IMG/VR virus record: IMGVR_UViG_3300044712_001062
Span: 32,001 to 96,000 of that record
Origin: a virus
Strand: one strand, 5' to 3'
Length of the DNA: 64,000 bases
A program made the position numbers and the translations under genes. Under the pieces are notes generated by a model that made no database searches, was not told the DNA's origin, and was given only the letters and a program-made list of their open reading frames with translations. This document shows, piece by piece, positions 35,856 to 46,949 of the stretch. Position 1 is the first letter of the stretch. Each line of letters begins with the position of its first letter.

Positions 35856-36251
35856 CTATTCTTTGAAATTGGCAAAATGTTCGCGGATGTTTACATGTTT
35901 TGTATCATCCATTAAATTGTATATGGATTCAATTCCACCATCATGAGAGTAGACTCTGATGTATTGTTTTGGGAGATCTTCCCATTTTGAAATTCCTATG
36001 GTTCTGATAATTTTCATTATCAAATCCATACCAGCAGCACTACCAACTCGCTTGGTTTGATTTGTAAGTGGGTAGTTTTTAACATCGTCTAATGCATAGC
36101 CTCCAATACTTTGAGACCATCCACTATCGAGTTTAAGATCTATATAGAATGTAAAGATTCCATGATCTTCAGCGCCGAGATGGGTTTTATTTATTTGAGC
36201 ATTGTGGAGGGTGCATTTGAATCCATTTACTTCTTTTGTTTGTTCAAGCAT
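35856..36251 (-). CDS. Conserved phage hypothetical protein
   Basis: NAxIxxTxLGxEDHGI...QxIGGYALD...IMKII...xxKWEDL pattern. Confidence 0.75.
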   Translation of the reverse strand: MLEQTKEVNGFKCTLHNAQINKTHLGAEDHGIFTFYIDLKLDSGWSQSIGGYALDDVKNYPLTNQTKRVGSAAGMDLIMKIIRTIGISKWEDLPKQYIRVYSHDGGIESIYNLMDDTKHVNIREHFANFKE

Positions 36252-38450
36252 GATGATTACCTAATAATGGTTAGTAGAAAAATACTAATTGCCATGGGGG
36301 CCAACCCCATATGTGAAATTTGTTTAGCATGTAGTAGACGAAAAATGATCCAAGGAGGAATTGAGCGAGTCCGAATATGAAGGTTGGCCAATCTTGAAAG
36401 CGATATCCGTCTATGAGTTCATCGAGTGAGAAATAGATAAGGGCGAAGCCTACCAATCCCCAGAAGGTGAATTCAAGTGGGCCTGTTGAGCCTGGAGGTT
36501 GCAATATCATGATTATTTTCCTAAATGATCATCGATTTCCCATTTCATGGTTTAATTCGTCATTTTTGAGATCTTCGAATTTGTCGATTAGTTTGTTGAA
36601 TCTTTTCAAATCGTTTTCCATAGAGTTGTATAGTGTGTTGAGGCTGTTAACTGATCCGTCAAATTCATCTTCCATGTTGTAAGATTCAAGGAATGTTTCA
36701 AGTTGTTTGGTTACTTTGATTAGTTTATCGTGAATTTCATCGGCTTCAGTATCTTCAGGTGGATTTGATAGGATTACCATAGAGTTTCTCCAAGTTTAAA
36801 ATTTTAATTTATTATACCTACCCATAGGGAAGTATATTTGTGTGGTTCATAATGGCTTGATTGACTTAAAATTTGTATGCGATTTGCTAATCTGATTTTC
36901 ATACATTTTAAAGCAGTGGTACTTCGTATATGAATTCTTTCAATGGTTTGTCCGTTTGTAAATTCGTAGATAGGATAATGATTAATTCTAATTCTTTTGG
37001 CCAATGATGGCATTTGATTTCTCCAAGTAGTAAAATGAAATTGTGGAATGATCACATGAGAACTTTAATTGTTTCCCTGATTTCGATAATTGTATCTTTG
37101 GCTGCTTGGTAATTGTTAAGTTCGATCATGTCCTGGAGATAGTCGTTAAGGTTGGCGATGTAGTTATAGATTTCAGGGTCGATTGGTAGTTTTTTGTAAT
37201 TCATGGGGGTTCTCCTTGTTTGGTATTATAATAGGTTGGTGTGTAAAGATTTAAAGTTTTTGGTTTGGGTTGTTTAGAATTGAGAATAGTTCAATAATCA
37301 CCTTTGTGGTTTAAAATTGAGAATAGTTCACGATCTCATCGGGCAAATGTCTTCGGGAGTGACTGATACGTAATCTTCAATCCATTCATCAAGTTCAGTG
37401 TGGAAATTTTCGTTGATTACTTGCATGATGTCATCGAAGTCATTAGAGTTGATTAAGTGGATTAGATCAGTTTCGAGTCTGGATTTCATGATTAATCATC
37501 CTCATGATGGAGGTTTAGGATTATGGAATTGGTGTCGGGATCTGAATGGTTTATTGAGCAATTTTTGTTAATCCAGTCTTCGAGTTCGAAGGGGCTGATT
37601 GTTTTGATGATGTGCATGACTTCTTCGAATTCGAGGTTGTTAAGTGCTGAAATAAGGGTGACTTTAGAATAATCTTCAGGCATTATAATTCTCCAAGTGG
37701 ATAATGAGGTTGGTTCACTGATCAAATTGATCAATACAGGCTATCGTAATTTTCATCTGCCCAAGTGGTGAGATCATTTGGGTAGTTTTTAAGGATGATG
37801 GTCATTAGATCTTCGAAGGAATTGAGATTTATGTAAGTGTCAATTACTCTTTCGATGATTGGCTGTGTTTCGGTGGTTGGTTGGTTCATTTTGAGTTCTC
37901 CAAGTTGTTAATTTTAGGTGAAATCAATTGCTGCGAAATCATCATAGAGTTCAACTGCTTTGTTTGTCCAATAAATGAACCATTTAAGACGATCTACCAT
38001 TCCATCGATGTTTGTTTGATCTTTGGATAATTCTGGGAACATTTCTATGATCTGATCTCTGGTGATGGTATTTAATTTGTTAATTTCATTTATTAGTGGT
38101 TTTATCAGTGCGATATCTCTTTCATTTGAATTTGGATAATTTCTCATTGCATGATAAATGTCAATTCCTATGAGGCGTTCGAAGAATATCCAGAAATGAG
38201 TAGAACCACTCCGATATGATTCTTTTGGCCATAGAGTTACTGCAGGATCGCAAATGTCTATTTCAGAATTTGGACATTGGGTTACATAGATGAATTGATA
38301 TTCTTCTACAATGGGGCTTTCATTGGTTGTTAGAATTTCATTGATAATTGTTTGTGGATCTGGGAATGTTAGTTTTCCAATTGTTACGTCAAGAGTCATG
38401 TTGTAGTTCTCCATGTGGATAGTGAGGTTTGTAGATAATCAAGGGTCAGT

Positions 38451-39380
38451 TCAATAATCGAGTTCCATGGCGATTTTGATACCTTCGGCAGTTAAAATTC
38501 TGCCTCGTGAGGTTTTTTCGATATAACCGTTTGACATTAGGATTGGTTCGTGCATTGTTTTGATTACTTGTTCATCTTCTCCGATTTGATTGGCGATGTT
38601 TGAAAGTCCGACTGGTGAGGCATTGAAGATGTAGAACATAGCGTGAAGCATTGCTCTATCAGTTTTATCAAGGCCATTTTCATCGATTCCTGTAAGTGCG
38701 AGTGCTGTAAGGACGACTTGGGAATCTACGAAGGTTATTTGATTTGATATTATGTGATCGCGGATTCTTCTGATGAACTGGAGAGCGTTACGGGGGACTG
38801 ACCTACTGGCTTTAGCGATTGTTGAAATGGCATCATGGCTATATGAAATGTTTTCAGCATCCATGTTCATTGAGATGATTTGATGGAGTTCATCGATTGT
38901 GTAGGATGAGAGTCTGATTTGAATGGGGAAACGGTTGTATAGTGGTGTTGGAATCATTGCAAGTTCAGTTGTTGCTGCGATGATGGTGATTTTTTTACCT
39001 GGAATCCTTACCATACGATCTGGATAGCGGATGCTCACCAATCCACTTTCGAGATATTCATAAAGGCTTTCAGAAGTAGTGCTATCGAGGCTGTGCAGTT
39101 CATCTAAGAATAGTATATCATTGTCCTTCATTTTGAGGATTTTAGTGTTGAGGATTTGAGGAGAGTTTTTTATTGTGGAGCACATGAGTTTTTCAACGTG
39201 GACATTCATTTCTTTGCCAATAAGCATGGCCAATTCTGATTTTCCACAGCCTGAACATCCTGCGATGAATACATGATCGAGGGGTTCATTGCGTAGTTTA
39301 GATGCATTTATAGATTCTTTTAGGAGAGCCTTGGTGTTGTCGTTGCCGATATAGTCATTGAATGATTTAATTTCTTTCAT
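38451..39380 (-). CDS. ruvB: Holliday-junction branch-migration helicase RuvB
   Basis: FNDYIG, LDHVFIAGxxGCGKS, ILFLDELH, IAATT, LYNRF, SRSVPRNA...RRIRD, GIDENGLD, PVGL, EPIL...IEKTSRGR: all canonical RuvB motifs. Confidence 0.95.
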   Translation of the reverse strand: MKEIKSFNDYIGNDNTKALLKESINASKLRNEPLDHVFIAGCSGCGKSELAMLIGKEMNVHVEKLMCSTIKNSPQILNTKILKMKDNDILFLDELHSLDSTTSESLYEYLESGLVSIRYPDRMVRIPGKKITIIAATTELAMIPTPLYNRFPIQIRLSSYTIDELHQIISMNMDAENISYSHDAISTIAKASRSVPRNALQFIRRIRDHIISNQITFVDSQVVLTALALTGIDENGLDKTDRAMLHAMFYIFNASPVGLSNIANQIGEDEQVIKTMHEPILMSNGYIEKTSRGRILTAEGIKIAMELDY

Positions 39381-41520
39381 GGTTGATTGTCCTTGGGTTT
39401 TTAAATTTTAGATTTCGTTGATTGTGTGATAGTTTGGTTGGCGAATTATCCAGCGTGCAAAGTCATTAGTGGGATTCTTGAGCCACATGATGTATGGTTT
39501 TTGTGTTTTTACGTTTTTAAATGATACTTCATATTCATTGCTTGTTGGATAGTAGTGAATGTAATTGAGATGATAATGGTTGATCATTCCTTGTATACAC
39601 ATTTGCATTTCATATGATGAAATTTTACTCCATTGATGGTCAGTGTTGATACTTTGAAATAACATGATGGATGATCCTTTGGTTTTTAAATTTTTAAAAT
39701 TTGTTAATTTTTTAGATGATCTCAAGTTTATCATTATCAACTAATTTCCACATGAGACCTTTGCCGTCCATTAACAGGATGGTTTGAGTGGTCTGGTCTT
39801 TACATAGGTGAAGTTCTGGAGTGAACTGGAATGAATTTAGTTGGTTGATTAGTGCCTGGAGGATCAATTGAGAGACGTAGAGGTCTTTACTGGTGAACTT
39901 TCCAATATCGCAGATGATTGACATTTGTGTTTTAAATGTTGTGTTTTTCATGATGTTAAATTTTTAGATCCATAGAGGATCTGAAAATTGTGTGGTGGTG
40001 GACGGCTCAACTCCAGTCTATGAGACCCATGCTCATGAGTTCTTCTTTTGATAATTTCATTTTTTGTTGGACTCGATGACATTTTAAGATTGAACATTTT
40101 GCTGGATCGCAGTGGTGGAGTGTGTTTGTGATGTATGTACAGGTTTTAATGATATCACCTTTGTTCCATAATATATTAGTTAAATGTATATTTAGTTGTT
40201 TTCAATTGTATCATGATCATTGGTTGTTAGGTGGTCAAATGGAGGGGGGAAATCTACCAAATTGTTGTATAGATTGTGAATGAGGTCGATTGATGATCGA
40301 ATTACGTTGTTTTTCATATCAGTGTAATAGCCACTGGAGTTGATGAATTCATCAAGGGATTTATAGAGGCAGGATGTTATACAATCGTGGGTTAAATGGA
40401 TGTTCATGCCATTGTCATCGAGATAGCCAAGGATCATAATGGCATCGAAATAGTTCAACAATCCTGAATTGACATCCTGGATGATTTGAGTATTGAAATC
40501 TGTGTTATCAGGATCATATAGGGTATCTTCAAGTGGTGTATAACATGGTTCGAAATAGAGTTCAGTGTAGTAATGTTCATTGAGCCATTCTCGGTTTAGT
40601 GGTGAGGTGGTTAGTGTTATCATGATGGGTTCCTTGGTTTTAGAATTTTAAATAATGTGATGATCGATTTTGTGATGATCGAATTGGTGATGATCTACTA
40701 ATTCCAACTTTCAATTACTTTATTATGATTATCATATTCTACAAGTTTATCATACCATTCGTTATTACATTGTAGAAAATCAGTCCCTTCATTGTTTATG
40801 ATTTTGATGGCTTCTTGATCATTTTCAGCCTCAAATTCATATTCCATGGTTGTAATAAATGTGTATTTTTTCATGGTGGTGTTCTCCAAGTTTTAAAATT
40901 CTGTAAATTTGTTTAGTTCTTTGTTATAGAGCAATTTTGATTCTACATAATCACAATCTTCTAAAAGTTCTGATATCTGTTGTTTAGTTCTGTTTGATAA
41001 TTTGAAATTGGTTGTTAGATGGCTTACTCCTTTTCTAATTTCATTAATTTGATCTATGTTCATGATAAGAAATCCTTTTAGAATTTTAATGGAGTTATTT
41101 TTGGTAAAGTTTTTTGATTATTTGATCAATCATTTCAATGTCATTTGGTGTGTTATGAGATGATTGGCTCATCCGCTTAAGCATTAGTGTGCTGAATAAG
41201 AATGAGGTTTCATCATCTGTGAAATGTAATCCTTGGGCCTTCTCATTGGACATTTGCGATCTCCTGGAACATGATGTGATTGTCGTGGATTTTGAAAGTT
41301 TTGGGGTAGAGTTGTACGAGGGTGAGTGGTTCAAGGTGGATTTTTGAAGCATAGGATAACTTCATTTTGTGAGTTTTGGATTTTGCGAGTTTGACTTTGA
41401 GTTTTATGGCTTTGTCGTAAGGGGTTTCACTGGCTGCGATTAGTTGTTTTTTCAATTGGCGCTTGAGGGATGGGGTTAGTTCAGTCATTATGGTTCTCCA
41501 AGTTTTAAAAATTTTAATTG

Positions 41521-42054
41521 TTAAGATTTTTTAATTGGTTTAAAGAATTTTTTGAGGTGGTCAATTACTGGTTCGGGTATGACTCTAATTAACCATTCAT
41601 TGCCAAATGGTATGTTTCCTTCGTTGTAGAGTTCTGGGTGATTAATTTTGAGCCATTTAGCATTGTCAGGTGTCCAACATGGTTCAAGGTTGGCTGATTG
41701 GAGGGCATGATACTGTTTTTGAGTGATACAACGGGATGCCAGGTGATAATTATTCCAGATTGCGAGGATTTCAATGAGGTCGCTTCGATTTTTGGGATTG
41801 TCGATTTCATTCAGATAGGTTGATTTGATGGTATCTTGGATTTGGCCAACCGATTCAGGTTGTCTGTGGAATTTTTCGTAGATTTCTCCAGTTAGGGAAA
41901 TTTCGGTGTAGTCAGGAGTTGGTGATTGATCAATCCACGAACGCCGAGTTTCCCAATGACATTGGTTAATTTCGAGGTCGATTACGATACGAGTTCCATT
42001 GGTTGTTTTGAAGGTTCGTGTAAAAGTTTGTGTGTTTAGAATGTCTGCGGGCAT
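41521..42054 (-). CDS. Hypothetical phage protein
   Basis: SLTGEI...SVGQI...WNNYHL...FGNEWL motif. True start is the ATG after TTGGAGAAC (the ORF track's TTG start is part of the RBS). Confidence 0.7.
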   Translation of the reverse strand: MPADILNTQTFTRTFKTTNGTRIVIDLEINQCHWETRRSWIDQSPTPDYTEISLTGEIYEKFHRQPESVGQIQDTIKSTYLNEIDNPKNRSDLIEILAIWNNYHLASRCITQKQYHALQSANLEPCWTPDNAKWLKINHPELYNEGNIPFGNEWLIRVIPEPVIDHLKKFFKPIKKS

Positions 42055-45000
42055 GATGTTCTCCAAGTTTTAAAAATTTTTAAACGATTAGTTTTTCTCA
42101 TTGGTCAGTGTTTTACAGTAGATGTGAAATAACTCATCTTTTGGGAATTTTGATTCGGTGAATTCGTTTAGTTTTTCCCAAGCATCATTAGAGTTAGATG
42201 CATCGATGAGGATAGTTCCTTCGATGTTAAACATGTAGGTTGTCATTTAAAATCTCCAAGTTTTAAAAATTTATGGAATCGAAATTGATAGTAATTTCAA
42301 ATTTTTCGCCAATAGGATTGTTTTCTTCATCTGTGATTGTAATAAATACTTGTGTATTAGTCACAGTCATTGATTCATTGTTAAGTTTTTGATTTGCTTC
42401 TTTAATGAATTTCGCAAGTGTTTCGCTGCTATTGGCTTTAATTGTAGTTTTTTTAATAATTTCAATTTCAAAATAATCCATTATCATACTCCTTTGTTTT
42501 AAAAATTTTAATTGTTAGTTCCCCACATCTTGAGGCCTTTGTAGGTTTCAATAAAGTGGTAATCGTTGTTCAGATACTGCTCAAAGGTTTTGAACATTTT
42601 AGTTTGAACCTGCTTTGCAGTGATTTTATAGATTTGGACTTCTTTGTTGTCGTTTATGTATTCAACGATTGTAGAAGTTCCTTGCTTGAATACTCGTGCT
42701 TCAGTGAGGTCAAGTCCAAATTCTTCGAGGGGTGTTTTGTTTTCAAATTCAAACCACATTGTTGTCATGAATTAATGTTGGTTGTTTATGGTTATAAAGG
42801 TTTGGTGTGAGGTTGCTCCAAAGTGAAAAAATAAGGAGATTTTACTTTATTCTGGGGGATCAAATGATGATTTCATCAATCTATTAGCGTAAGCGCGAAG
42901 ACTGATGGCGTTGTCGATTTTGAGTTTGAAAGATTCTGGCTGATCGAAATCGCCATGAACGTCAATTTGACCACCTGTGCTTGGGGTGCCCAGGCGAATG
43001 ACATCTGGGATTTTCTCAGGTTTTGAGATGTGTAGGTTAAACATGGTAGTTCACGGGGGTTGTTTTCAAAATTTGATTAATAGGCTATTTCCATTGCGTT
43101 TTTGAAAAGTTTAGAATGGTTGTTTCCTTCGGAATTCCAGGTGGAGTATCCACCATATGCTATGAGGGCTTCGACTTTCATTTCATTGGTGATTTCAGGC
43201 TCGTTTGTTAGACTGGAGTAATGTAAAGCGTTTTCAATTATTAGTTCATCGATTTCGCTTAAGGTTAGTTCATGGACTTCAATGAGGTATTTATTTGGGT
43301 GATTGTGGTCCATTGCATGATGGAGGTTTGTTAGGGAAATTACTTGATAGGTGTCATTGTCTGTGGTTTTGTACCATGAGCCATCCCATTCAGACCAATT
43401 GAGGTCGCCAGTGAGGAAGTTCCAAGATTTAGGTAAAGGTGGATTAGTGGTCATTTTAAGTTCCTTGGTTTATGATAAATCTTCAATGCCTAATATGTTA
43501 TTGAATCTTTTAATGACATCAACATTACAATGATATACAATAATAGGAATTACTTTCTTATTTTCCATAATAAGTGCTTGTTTGGCTTTGTTGGTGTCTT
43601 TACTGAATTGTACTTCGATGAACTTATGAAGTTTATCAGAGTAATAGAGTTTCATATAACACCAATACCGTTCAGAGTCATTGTAATGTTCGGCAATCAA
43701 TTCAATTGTTGATATGTCAATAATTTTATTTGTGTGCTTACAAGTATGTTCACAAATAGTTGTATAAAGAGGGCAAATTTCTGATTCTGTTTTCATTTTC
43801 GCTTCTATTTTTGGTTCTGGTTCTATTTCAATTGTCATTGGTTTTTCCTTGGGTTCAAATCTTTCAAAAAATGCTACTATTTCTTTCCATTGAACCCACG
43901 TCATTACATGATAAGTCCCGTCATCATAATCGAACCTTACCATAGGTTGTTCATTTGAGTAATACGTTGATGGTTGCATGTTTTATTTCTCCAAGTTTTA
44001 AAATTTTTAATTGTTTAATATCTTGTAAAGCCATTTTCGAATTTGGATTTTAAATTGGGATATGCATTTATTAATTTGTCATATGTTTTTTGTATGTCAT
44101 GCTTGGTAGGATTATGTTCACTTCTGGTCATTTGGAAATGCTTTAGACTTGAAATAATAAGTTCCAAGTCATCATTGTTTAATTCAATAGACATTTTATG
44201 ATCCTTTGTTTTTTAAATTTTAGAGTTAGTTCGATCATTTTGTTTAATAATTACTTATGATGTAATCGTGGAGGAGTGATCGGTAGGCTTCATTACATAG
44301 AGTGATAAAGGATGATTTGTCAATTTCACGATCTAACATTTTACTTTCGAGATGGCTGATGAAATTGTAATCGTCTATGATGTTGCAGAGATCGCTTGGG
44401 GTTTTAATGAAGTCGTTGTTTTCACAGTAGTAAAAGGCATTGTCGAATACTTCATCACTGTTTAGGTTTAGCCCTTCTTCATGGTAGAAAATGTTCAGAT
44501 GGGCGTGCAGTTGTTTTTGTAAGGTGTAAGTGTATGACATTAGGTACTCCTTGGTTTTTAGAATTTTTAAATGGTTGATGATCAAATTGTTCATTGATCA
44601 ATACCTTGGGTTTTTTAAATTTTAAATGGGGTTATTTTTCATTAATATCAATAGTCATTTTTTTTACTTTTTTCCAATTTGGTTTAACTTTGTAAGAATC
44701 ACATAAACATGCTGATGGTTCAAAATATTCACGATCATTAAAACATTCCATTAATGCAAAACACGGGACTTCAATAGAGTCACAATCATCACATCGAAAT
44801 AGATTATAGTTTACTTCATTCATAATTACTCATTGGGTTTTAGAATCTTAAAGGAGTTGTTTTAGAACCATATAAAATTTATTACGTTTACAATTGTTAG
44901 GAATATCAATGCATAAATTAGGATGTTTTCTATTGTAAATAATAGAAATGTTATGATTGATCCATGCTTCCACATTTCAGGAGTAAATGATTCAGTAGTT

Positions 45001-45593
45001 ACATTTCTGTTTTTTACAGCACACATATATCCAAGTATGCATATAAATCCTAATATAGCAGCAATTGATAAATTTGTCCAGAAAAGTTTGTTAATAATTT
45101 CTATCATAGATGTCCTTCGATGAATTCATAAACATCATCATTTGTTTCGATAGGCTCTTCAGAATTTAAATAATCATTGATAATTTCAACAATTTTAGAA
45201 GTTGGAAAATTATTAGATACTAAAGCATTAAGCAATGTATCATGTGTCTCGTAATTCATGATTTAATACTCTGAAAGTTTATCGGGTTCAAAATCGATTA
45301 TGATGTATCCACGTGGGCAATCACCACGTAAGCAACAAGATATATTCCTATAAAATAAATCACAATCATATTCGCATGATTCAAATTTAGCCATAATTTT
45401 AATCCTCATTATTTTTCATTTGAGTTTTACAACCATTATAGTAATATTCATTGAGGTTATCTTTGAATATTATTACTTCATGGCATTTGGAAGGTTTTTC
45501 ACAGATGTAATAGTTGTTTTCTTCTCTCATAGTGTCATTGCATACTGGGCATATCATGTGATACTCCTTGGTTTTTAGAATTTTAAGGGGGTT

Positions 45594-46167
45594 GTTTTCA
45601 AATTTGAGATGTTCAAATGGCTATGCTGAATGTTATTTTTAGGGAGTGAGCCTAAATAATAATTTGGTATTTTTAAATTTAGAAAAGTGAAGTGATCATA
45701 TAGGTGAGTTGATCATATAGGTGATGATCTTATTCGGGATTTAAGATCAGGTGGATTGGGGTCCATTGCGAGTGATGAAAGGTTTAAGGTTTTCAGTATG
45801 GCTTACTGGATGGTGTTTTTACATGGGCATCAGCCATCAGCACAAATTAAGGATTGAACCTTGGAATTTATGAAAATAAGTAAGGGGGTTACTTATTTTT
45901 GACAAAGAAAACGGGACGCATTTGTAGTTTTTAATGAGGATATCAGCCTCCAAAATGTAAGTAGGGATTGAGCCTACGTTACATCGAACACTATGAATTA
46001 GTAATAGGTTTGGTGAGGTGATTGTTTGGTGGTCAATGATAGTTTGTATATTAAGACTTCAGGAGTTATAGTTCATCAATGAGGATCGGTTCACTGATCG
46101 ACTATTAGTTTTTATTCAGGGTTTCGCCTGGACAATTAGAAGTGGAGTGAACCACTATCTAATTACC
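45594..46167 (-). ncRNA. Array of four structured units: T-loop-like long hairpin + short hairpin + UAAAAAC
   Basis: Units at 46106-46167, 45925-45985, 45815-45872 and 45594-45662. Loops GG-UUCACU-CC, GG-CUCAAUC-CC, GG-UUCAAU-CC, GG-CUCACUC-CC. Stems differ in sequence but keep pairing. No long ORF. Confidence 0.6.
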
Positions 46168-46207
46168 ATACACGTAGACATTTCATTTCTATTTTTTTTG
46201 TTTGTCG

Positions 46208-46277
46208 ACATTTGGCATCAGAAAATGAATAGGATAAACATTTTTAGTAATTAATCATTTCATCATTTGCCTAATGT
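46208..46277 (-). ncRNA. Box C/D-like (K-turn) small RNA directly 3' of tRNA-Leu
   Basis: ACAUU-A-GGCA-A-AUGAUGA ... CUGA-UGCC-A-AAUGU: perfect box C and box D in canonical K-turn register with a terminal stem. Confidence 0.65.
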
Positions 46278-46281
46278 TTAA

Positions 46282-46364
46282 TGGGTAATAGCCGATTTGC
46301 ACGGCTGAACTCCTATGAGGCGACATCTTGAGTGTCGTGGGTTTGACTGCTTCCCTAATTACCC
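46282..46364 (-). tRNA. tRNA-Leu(CAA), variant D/T loops
   Basis: GGGTAAT/ATTACCC acceptor stem; GGG/CCC D stem; CGACA-CT-CAA-GA-TGTCG anticodon arm; long variable arm CTC-ATAG-GAG; AGCCG-TGCAAAT-CGGCT T arm; discriminator A; no encoded CCA. Confidence 0.85.
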
Positions 46365-46754
46365 AAAATTTGAGCATTTGGTTGGTTGATGTTCGATACC
46401 TCACACTTTGGAAACAGGTTAGTGTTTCATTGGCCTCTCATCACATGACCAATCCGGGTGAGTATCGGATTTGAAATGATCATGCACATGTGGAGATTGG
46501 TGAACTGACTTCCATTTGTATATGGTTGTTAGTTCCCTGTTATGTATATTGTATGTCAGAGGTTATATACATTTTGGTTGGTAGTTTGAATCTGGGAAAG
46601 TTTGTTTCTTTGATTCGTTGCTACGATACTAATGTTGGTTTGATTAGTATTTATAGTTATGGGATTTATAATTTGTTAAAATTGAGAAGGGTTATCAGTT
46701 TTGAGAAGAGTAAAGGATCTGAAAATGGTGTGATCGCTAATTAGGTTCTCCAAG

Positions 46755-46925
46755 TGCACCCATAGACAGAATCAGAGTGTGAACTTCCAGCCCCTTCTGT
46801 TTAGAGCAGTTTGGATGGGTATGTGCGCAGGATGATCGTGTTAGGGAATTGTGTTTAGAGGATAGGGATGCTCACGTAAACAGTGAGGGTGTGGTAAGAC
46901 ACATCTTCATCTGTCTATGGGTGCA
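46755..46925 (-). ncRNA. ~170-nt closed ncRNA with a perfect 16-bp terminal inverted repeat
   Basis: TGCACCCATAGACAGA (46755-46770) and its exact reverse complement (46910-46925). Minus-strand TTTAAATA (46954-46947) plus 22 nt puts the TSS at the G of GCACCC. Confidence 0.7.
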
Positions 46926-46949
46926 AAATAATGTAGGTATTGACTGTAT

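Larger units (their letters stand above)
36271..45560 (-). other. Second array of small co-oriented accessory ORFs (probably early genes) around ruvB
   Basis: About 25 minus-strand ORFs, most preceded by TAAAATTTTTAAAACTTGGAGAAC or TAAAATTCTAAAAACCAAGGAG-type intergenic motifs. Confidence 0.8.

Noticed and set aside
45815-46135. preQ1-I riboswitches (stem followed by UAAAAACUA tail)
   Set aside because: Loops are only 6-7 nt against roughly 10-13 nt in preQ1-I, the pseudoknot pairing is absent, and units are not positioned at an RBS. Superficial resemblance only, pending an Infernal check.
46838-46850. CCCUAAC / TTAGGG telomerase-template-like word
   Set aside because: Only one 7-nt word; no TTAGGG tandem repeats or RT. 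Better explained by the match to copy H.
46755-46925. 16-bp inverted repeat as a MITE
   Set aside because: Single copy, no clear TSD, and the repeat starts exactly at a predicted TSS, which favours an RNA terminal stem.
46208-46925. TIGR-Tas array (box C/D motifs in a virus)
   Set aside because: C/D motifs occur as isolated units, not tandem ~36-nt repeats with paired spacers, and no Nop-domain protein is recognisable in the window.
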